IMG/VR virus record: IMGVR_UViG_3300044448_000433
Location: 1 to 27,217 of that record
DNA length: 27,217 bases
Origin: a virus
Taxonomy: Duplodnaviria > Caudoviricetes
Strand: one strand, 5' to 3'
Positions within the stretch are counted from its first letter, which is position 1. Each line of letters begins with the position of its first letter. Below are positions 22,892-27,217 of this stretch, piece by piece. The notes beneath the pieces are model-generated. The model was not told where the DNA came from. It searched no databases and saw only the letters and a list, made by a program, of their open reading frames with translations. Position numbers and translations under genes: made by a program.

Positions 22892-24960
22892 TGGGTACAG
22901 CATACACAAAAACAAGCCCAACAAATTTTGTAGATGGAGAGACAATCAATGCGTCTGACTTCACTACCGAGTTTGATGCTATTGACGCCACGTTTGAAAC
23001 GGGAGGCCATCAGCATGACGGTACAGATGGTGAGGGGGGAGCGATTGAGAAGCTTCTTAGCAATACCATTACTTTTGGTACTGGCGTTGATACAGATATT
23101 TCTGTAACCTTTAATGCTAACAGCAATGATGGTGTTTTAACGTGGATGGAGGACGAGGACTACTTCAAGTTTAATGATAAGATTATGATCATTGATGATA
23201 CTACTCTTATCTTTGGTTCTGACTCCAACTGGACAATTGAGTACGATGAGGATGGAGACGATGATCTTGTAATGACAGGATCAGATATAAGCATTGAAAG
23301 CTCCACCTCTGCAAAGCCCGTCCTACAGCTACTCAATACAAATGCAGATGCAAACGGCTCTACGATTAAATTTAATAAGAACGGAGCCAGCGTTGCTGAT
23401 AGCGATATTATAGGCAACGTAGACTTTGTTAGTGAAGATGACGGAGGAAACGTCCACACCTACGGTAGGATAAGAGGCACCGTGGTTGACATGACAGGGG
23501 GCCAAGAAGAAGGCAGCATAGAATTTTATGTTGCTGAGAATGATGGCACTCTAACCAAGGGCATGGACATTGTTGGTCTTGGTTCCGATGCTAACATCAC
23601 TGTAGATATATCTACCCATGATGGTGCTGCTGGCGGTCTTAAACTGGGTGGAACATTAGTCACATCAACTGCAACCGAGCTAAACATACTTGATGGTAAA
23701 AGCTTCTTAGACGAAGATGATATGTCTTCAGACAGTGCAACAGGCATTCCATCACAGCAATCTGTGAAAGCCTATGTAGATGCTGAAAAGGCAGATATGT
23801 CATTTGTGTTGGAAGATGGCGATGGCACTGAAGTTACCATAAATAAAGACAATGAAGTTAAGTTTGTAGAGGGCGGCGGTCTTGATATTGATTGGACTGA
23901 TACAGACAATGGTACTGACGGCGATCCCTACGACCTTACCTTTACTGTTAACGCAACTCAAACAGGCATTACATCTCTTACAAATACGAGTTTGGTTATT
24001 GGCCGTGATGCTGACAACGACATAGACTTTGCAACGGACAATACAATTATATTCAGGGCTGAAGGTGCGGATCAGGTTAAGATAATTGACGGCGTGCTGG
24101 CACCTGTAAGCGATGCTGATATTGACCTTGGCTCAAGCAGCCTTCAGTTCAAAGATGCCTACATACACGGAACACTTGAGGCAGATGCCATCACGCTAAA
24201 CGGCACTGCGCTTGGAAGTCTCTACTCTCCTATTGCTGGTTCTAGCAGTATTGTAACAACGGGCGCTCTTGATTCAGGCTCTATCACTAGCGGATTTGGC
24301 ACAATCAATAATGGCTCGTCCACTATTACGACTACTGGTGCAGTATCCGGAGGAAGCTTTGTAGTTCCTGATGATGGAGATATAGGTTCTGCAAGTGCTA
24401 CAGATGCCATACAGATTTCTTCTGGAGGTATTGTTACCTTTAAAGATGATATTAAAATCAAGGACGGCGGCACGATTGGTGTAGCCTCTGCAGCAGATGC
24501 CATGACTGTTTCTTCTGCGGGTATCGTCACCTTCAAAGATGATATTCTTATCAAAGATGGCGGTACCATTGGTGTAGCTTCGGACGCTGATGTTATCACT
24601 ATAGCTTCAACAGGCGTAACTACCTTCTCTAAAGCGGCGGTTGGCAGCACGGATACTGATACAAGTAACACAGGAAGCGTTACACTAGACTTTAATACTA
24701 ATCAAAACTTTGTTCTTACCTTTACAGGCAACGTAACGCTGGCCAATCCCAGCACAGAGTCGGTAGGTCAAACAGGAGTTATAATCTGTATTCAGGACGG
24801 AACAGGCTCCAGAACTCTCAGTCTAGGCACAGACTACGAAACTGTTGGAGGGGCAGGTATTACTTTAAGCACAGCCGCTGCTGCTGTTGATGTTATACCC
24901 TATGTGGTAAAAGCTAGCGGCTCAATCCAACTTGGCGCACCACAACTGGCTTTCTCATAA
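22891..24960 (+). CDS. Tail fibre / tail appendage protein
   Basis: 689 aa rich in Gly/Thr/Ser/Asp; N-terminal DGETINASDF..EFDAI...GHQHDG; SQQSVKAYVD; C-terminal QDGTGSRTL domain. Confidence 0.8.
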   Translation: MGTAYTKTSPTNFVDGETINASDFTTEFDAIDATFETGGHQHDGTDGEGGAIEKLLSNTITFGTGVDTDISVTFNANSNDGVLTWMEDEDYFKFNDKIMIIDDTTLIFGSDSNWTIEYDEDGDDDLVMTGSDISIESSTSAKPVLQLLNTNADANGSTIKFNKNGASVADSDIIGNVDFVSEDDGGNVHTYGRIRGTVVDMTGGQEEGSIEFYVAENDGTLTKGMDIVGLGSDANITVDISTHDGAAGGLKLGGTLVTSTATELNILDGKSFLDEDDMSSDSATGIPSQQSVKAYVDAEKADMSFVLEDGDGTEVTINKDNEVKFVEGGGLDIDWTDTDNGTDGDPYDLTFTVNATQTGITSLTNTSLVIGRDADNDIDFATDNTIIFRAEGADQVKIIDGVLAPVSDADIDLGSSSLQFKDAYIHGTLEADAITLNGTALGSLYSPIAGSSSIVTTGALDSGSITSGFGTINNGSSTITTTGAVSGGSFVVPDDGDIGSASATDAIQISSGGIVTFKDDIKIKDGGTIGVASAADAMTVSSAGIVTFKDDILIKDGGTIGVASDADVITIASTGVTTFSKAAVGSTDTDTSNTGSVTLDFNTNQNFVLTFTGNVTLANPSTESVGQTGVIICIQDGTGSRTLSLGTDYETVGGAGITLSTAAAAVDVIPYVVKASGSIQLGAPQLAFS
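24370..24630 (+). repeat. About three in-frame 93-bp (31-aa) repeats in the tail fibre
   Basis: D(D/G)G(D/T)IG(S/V)AS..D...(I/V)(S/A)S.G(I/V)(V/T)TF(KDDI.IK) repeated. Confidence 0.85.
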
Positions 24961-27217
24961 TGGTGTTATCTAACTCACAATGGCTGGCTAATCCCGGCGT
25001 GACGTATGAAATAGATCAGTCTATTCGTTTTAACGACGATGATTCTGCTTATCTTAGTCGTACTCCCGGCAGCGCAGGTAATCGTCGGACATGGACATTT
25101 AGCTGCTGGGTAAAACGGGCAAACATAACGGGTGCAAACTGCCCGATTTTTACGGCGGGTGGAGATGAATGGTTAATGTTCCTAAGCGGTAACACGTTGG
25201 GATTCAACCAAGATGGCACTAACAACTATCGCATAGTCACAACTCAGTTATTCCGTGATCCCGGTGCTTGGATGCACGTAGTGCTTCGAGTTGATACAAC
25301 TAATGCTACGGCGGGGGACAGGTTTCGACTGTACATAAACGGCTCAGAGGTTACAGACTTCGGTACAGATACAAATCCCCCGCTTAACTATGACACTGCG
25401 ATGAATAACACAGTCGAACACAACATAGGAAAACTAATCGGTTCGTCAGCGTTTTTTGACGGCTACCTTGCAGAGATTAATCACATTGACGGAAGCAGTT
25501 TGGCACCGGGCAGTTTTGGTGAAACAAACGAAGATACAGGCCAGTGGGTGCCGAAAAAGTACTCTGGTTCGTATGGAACAAACGGCTTTTATATTGATGG
25601 TCGGGACAGTTCTGATCTTGGCGACGATGAGTCAGGAAATGGAAATGATTACGCCAGTAACAACTTGGCAGCGGCGGATCAAGTCACAGACAGCCCAACT
25701 AACAACCACTGTACTCTTAATTCAATCAAACAAGATCAGACTGGACTGTCAAACGGCAACCTTCAATTCACCACCAGCAGCACCAGTACGCACAAAATGG
25801 CGTCTGCTACAATCGCTCAAACCAGCGGCAAGTGGTATTGCGAAGTTACCTGTAATGCGACACTTGGAAGCAACGCCCGCATTGGAATTATACCTGAAGA
25901 CAATGTAAATTTCACAGGGTCTAACGCTCACGTTGGCGACGATGCTAATAGCTTTGCCTACGTCGATAACGGGCAGAAAGAAAGCAACAATAGTCAAAGC
26001 AGCTACGGGGCTTCTTATGCAAATGGTGATGTAATTGCTATGGCATTAAATTTAGACGACAATGAAATTACTTTTTACAAAGATGGTTCAAGTCAAGGTG
26101 CAATTAGTATAACAGCCAACACAGAATATCGGTTTGCTGCGAGCCAATATAACGCCGGGGGCATGTTATTTAACTTTGGACAGGCAGCGTTCGCGGCAAC
26201 GCCACCTACAGGGTTTAAAGCATTAACAAAGGAAAATTTACCGGACCCAACCATCGCTGATCCTTCGGCTTATTTCCAGTCAACGACCTATACTGGCAAT
26301 GGATCAACCCAATCAATCACCAATGCTGGAAACAGTGACCTGCAACCAGATTTAATTTGGATTAGAAACCGTGACGCAACGGACGGTAATGTTCTGACTG
26401 ATGCGGTGCGTGGCGCGACAAAAATTCTGGCAACGGATTCGACGGGTGCCGAAAGCACTGACGCAGATACGGTGACGGCGTTTGCTTCCGATGGCTTTGC
26501 ATTGGGCGATGATGATAAAGTAAACACAAATACGGAAAATTATGTCGCATGGCAGTGGAAGGCCGACAGCGCGTGGTCTGAAGACGCGACGGGAAATATT
26601 CTCGCGTCTAGCGGTCGTCGGAACACCACGGCAGGATTTTCGATATGCAGTTGGACTCACCAAACTTCTGGTAACTACGCAATCAAGCACGGGCTATCGA
26701 CCACCCCCGAATTTCTTATGACTAAATCGCGAGACAATACGGTCAACTGGGACACTTGGCATCAAGACCTTGCCGATACCGCAAAAAGAATACTTGTTAA
26801 TACAACTGGGGCAGAAATAACGGCCTACTGGGTTAATGCCTCTGACAGCGCAGACGGGAGCGGTGCTTATACGGACATTCAAAGCGGCGAAAGTCCAGTA
26901 ACCGCATCACTTTTTGGGTTTCAGCACGACAACTTCGCTGCGACAGACGACATCATTGGGTACTTCTGGACTGGCATCGAAGGGTATTCGTCCTTTGGAA
27001 AATATGTCGGCAACGGATCGTCCACGGCTGCTCCTTTTGTTTACACAGGATTCCGTCCCGCCCTCGTTGTAACCAAAAATATCTCAAACTCCGGTGACGC
27101 ATGGCCCGTGGCTGACGCTGCGAGATCGCCTTTCAATGTTGCGAACGCAACAGTGTTTTGGAACCAAACCACGGCAGAAACAACCGGCTACGCAATTGAC
27201 CTACTCAGTAATGGGTT
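24960..27217 (+). CDS. Tail/receptor-binding protein with LamG (ConA-like) and SPRY-like domains; 3'-truncated, not in ORF track
   Basis: Manual translation from ATG 24960 (TAATG-coupled) stays open to the window end (>750 codons): SIRFNDDDSAYLSRTP, WTFSCWVKR, FRDPGAWMHVV, SGKWYCEV, GDVIAMALNLD, NFGQ, YTGNG..QPDLIWI. Confidence 0.88.
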   Translation, partial: MVLSNSQWLANPGVTYEIDQSIRFNDDDSAYLSRTPGSAGNRRTWTFSCWVKRANITGANCPIFTAGGDEWLMFLSGNTLGFNQDGTNNYRIVTTQLFRDPGAWMHVVLRVDTTNATAGDRFRLYINGSEVTDFGTDTNPPLNYDTAMNNTVEHNIGKLIGSSAFFDGYLAEINHIDGSSLAPGSFGETNEDTGQWVPKKYSGSYGTNGFYIDGRDSSDLGDDESGNGNDYASNNLAAADQVTDSPTNNHCTLNSIKQDQTGLSNGNLQFTTSSTSTHKMASATIAQTSGKWYCEVTCNATLGSNARIGIIPEDNVNFTGSNAHVGDDANSFAYVDNGQKESNNSQSSYGASYANGDVIAMALNLDDNEITFYKDGSSQGAISITANTEYRFAASQYNAGGMLFNFGQAAFAATPPTGFKALTKENLPDPTIADPSAYFQSTTYTGNGSTQSITNAGNSDLQPDLIWIRNRDATDGNVLTDAVRGATKILATDSTGAESTDADTVTAFASDGFALGDDDKVNTNTENYVAWQWKADSAWSEDATGNILASSGRRNTTAGFSICSWTHQTSGNYAIKHGLSTTPEFLMTKSRDNTVNWDTWHQDLADTAKRILVNTTGAEITAYWVNASDSADGSGAYTDIQSGESPVTASLFGFQHDNFAATDDIIGYFWTGIEGYSSFGKYVGNGSSTAAPFVYTGFRPALVVTKNISNSGDAWPVADAARSPFNVANATVFWNQTTAETTGYAIDLLSNG

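Noticed and set aside
24370-24630. Diversity-generating retroelement TR/VR pair
   Set aside because: The repeats are tandem and in frame, differ mainly by synonymous changes rather than adenine-specific ones, and no reverse transcriptase is in the window.
299-24671. Numerous minus-strand and nested ORFs of 60-157 aa
   Set aside because: They lie inside well-supported + strand genes and have no SD or recognisable motif; only 11308..11547 was retained.
25456-26882. Short ORFs listed in the track at the right end
   Set aside because: They are off-frame or antisense shadows of the long ORF starting at 24960.
1-27217. Stop-codon reassignment, tRNA/rRNA genes, integrase or transposase
   Set aside because: Genes are full-length and tightly coupled under the standard code with all three stops in use; no cloverleaf, rRNA or recombinase motifs were recognised by eye.

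Overview
The window is the packaging and morphogenesis arm of a tailed dsDNA phage with podovirus-like architecture, resembling marine phages. Family and host cannot be fixed from sequence alone. Essentially all credible genes are on the + strand. From left to right it contains: a few small early-type genes with two intrinsic terminators (1-966); a ~750 bp non-coding control region with IHF-like sites, a 21-bp tandem repeat, two back-to-back perfect sigma70 promoters and a long leader hairpin; a metallothionein-like ORF; a translationally coupled array of small Lys/Arg-rich genes sharing a 'xxxGGx(V/I)RKP(R/K)(M/L)K'-type tag, with TerS embedded in it; TerL; a 673-aa orphan; the portal and an overlapping gene; a 1057-aa acidic protein carrying a non-canonical Hint (intein-like) domain; a protein with a T4-type lysozyme domain; scaffold; major capsid; a PKHD-type 2OG-Fe(II) oxygenase; tail tubular proteins A and B; a tail fibre; and a LamG/SPRY-like tail protein running off the right end (absent from the ORF track). 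The best candidates for undescribed biology are the GG-tagged basic protein array (a possible capsid-cargo targeting system), the self-cleaving Hint protein, the phage metallothionein-like gene with its structured leader, and tandem RNA hairpins upstream of the scaffold gene. All family assignments are by-eye motif recognition; no searches were run.
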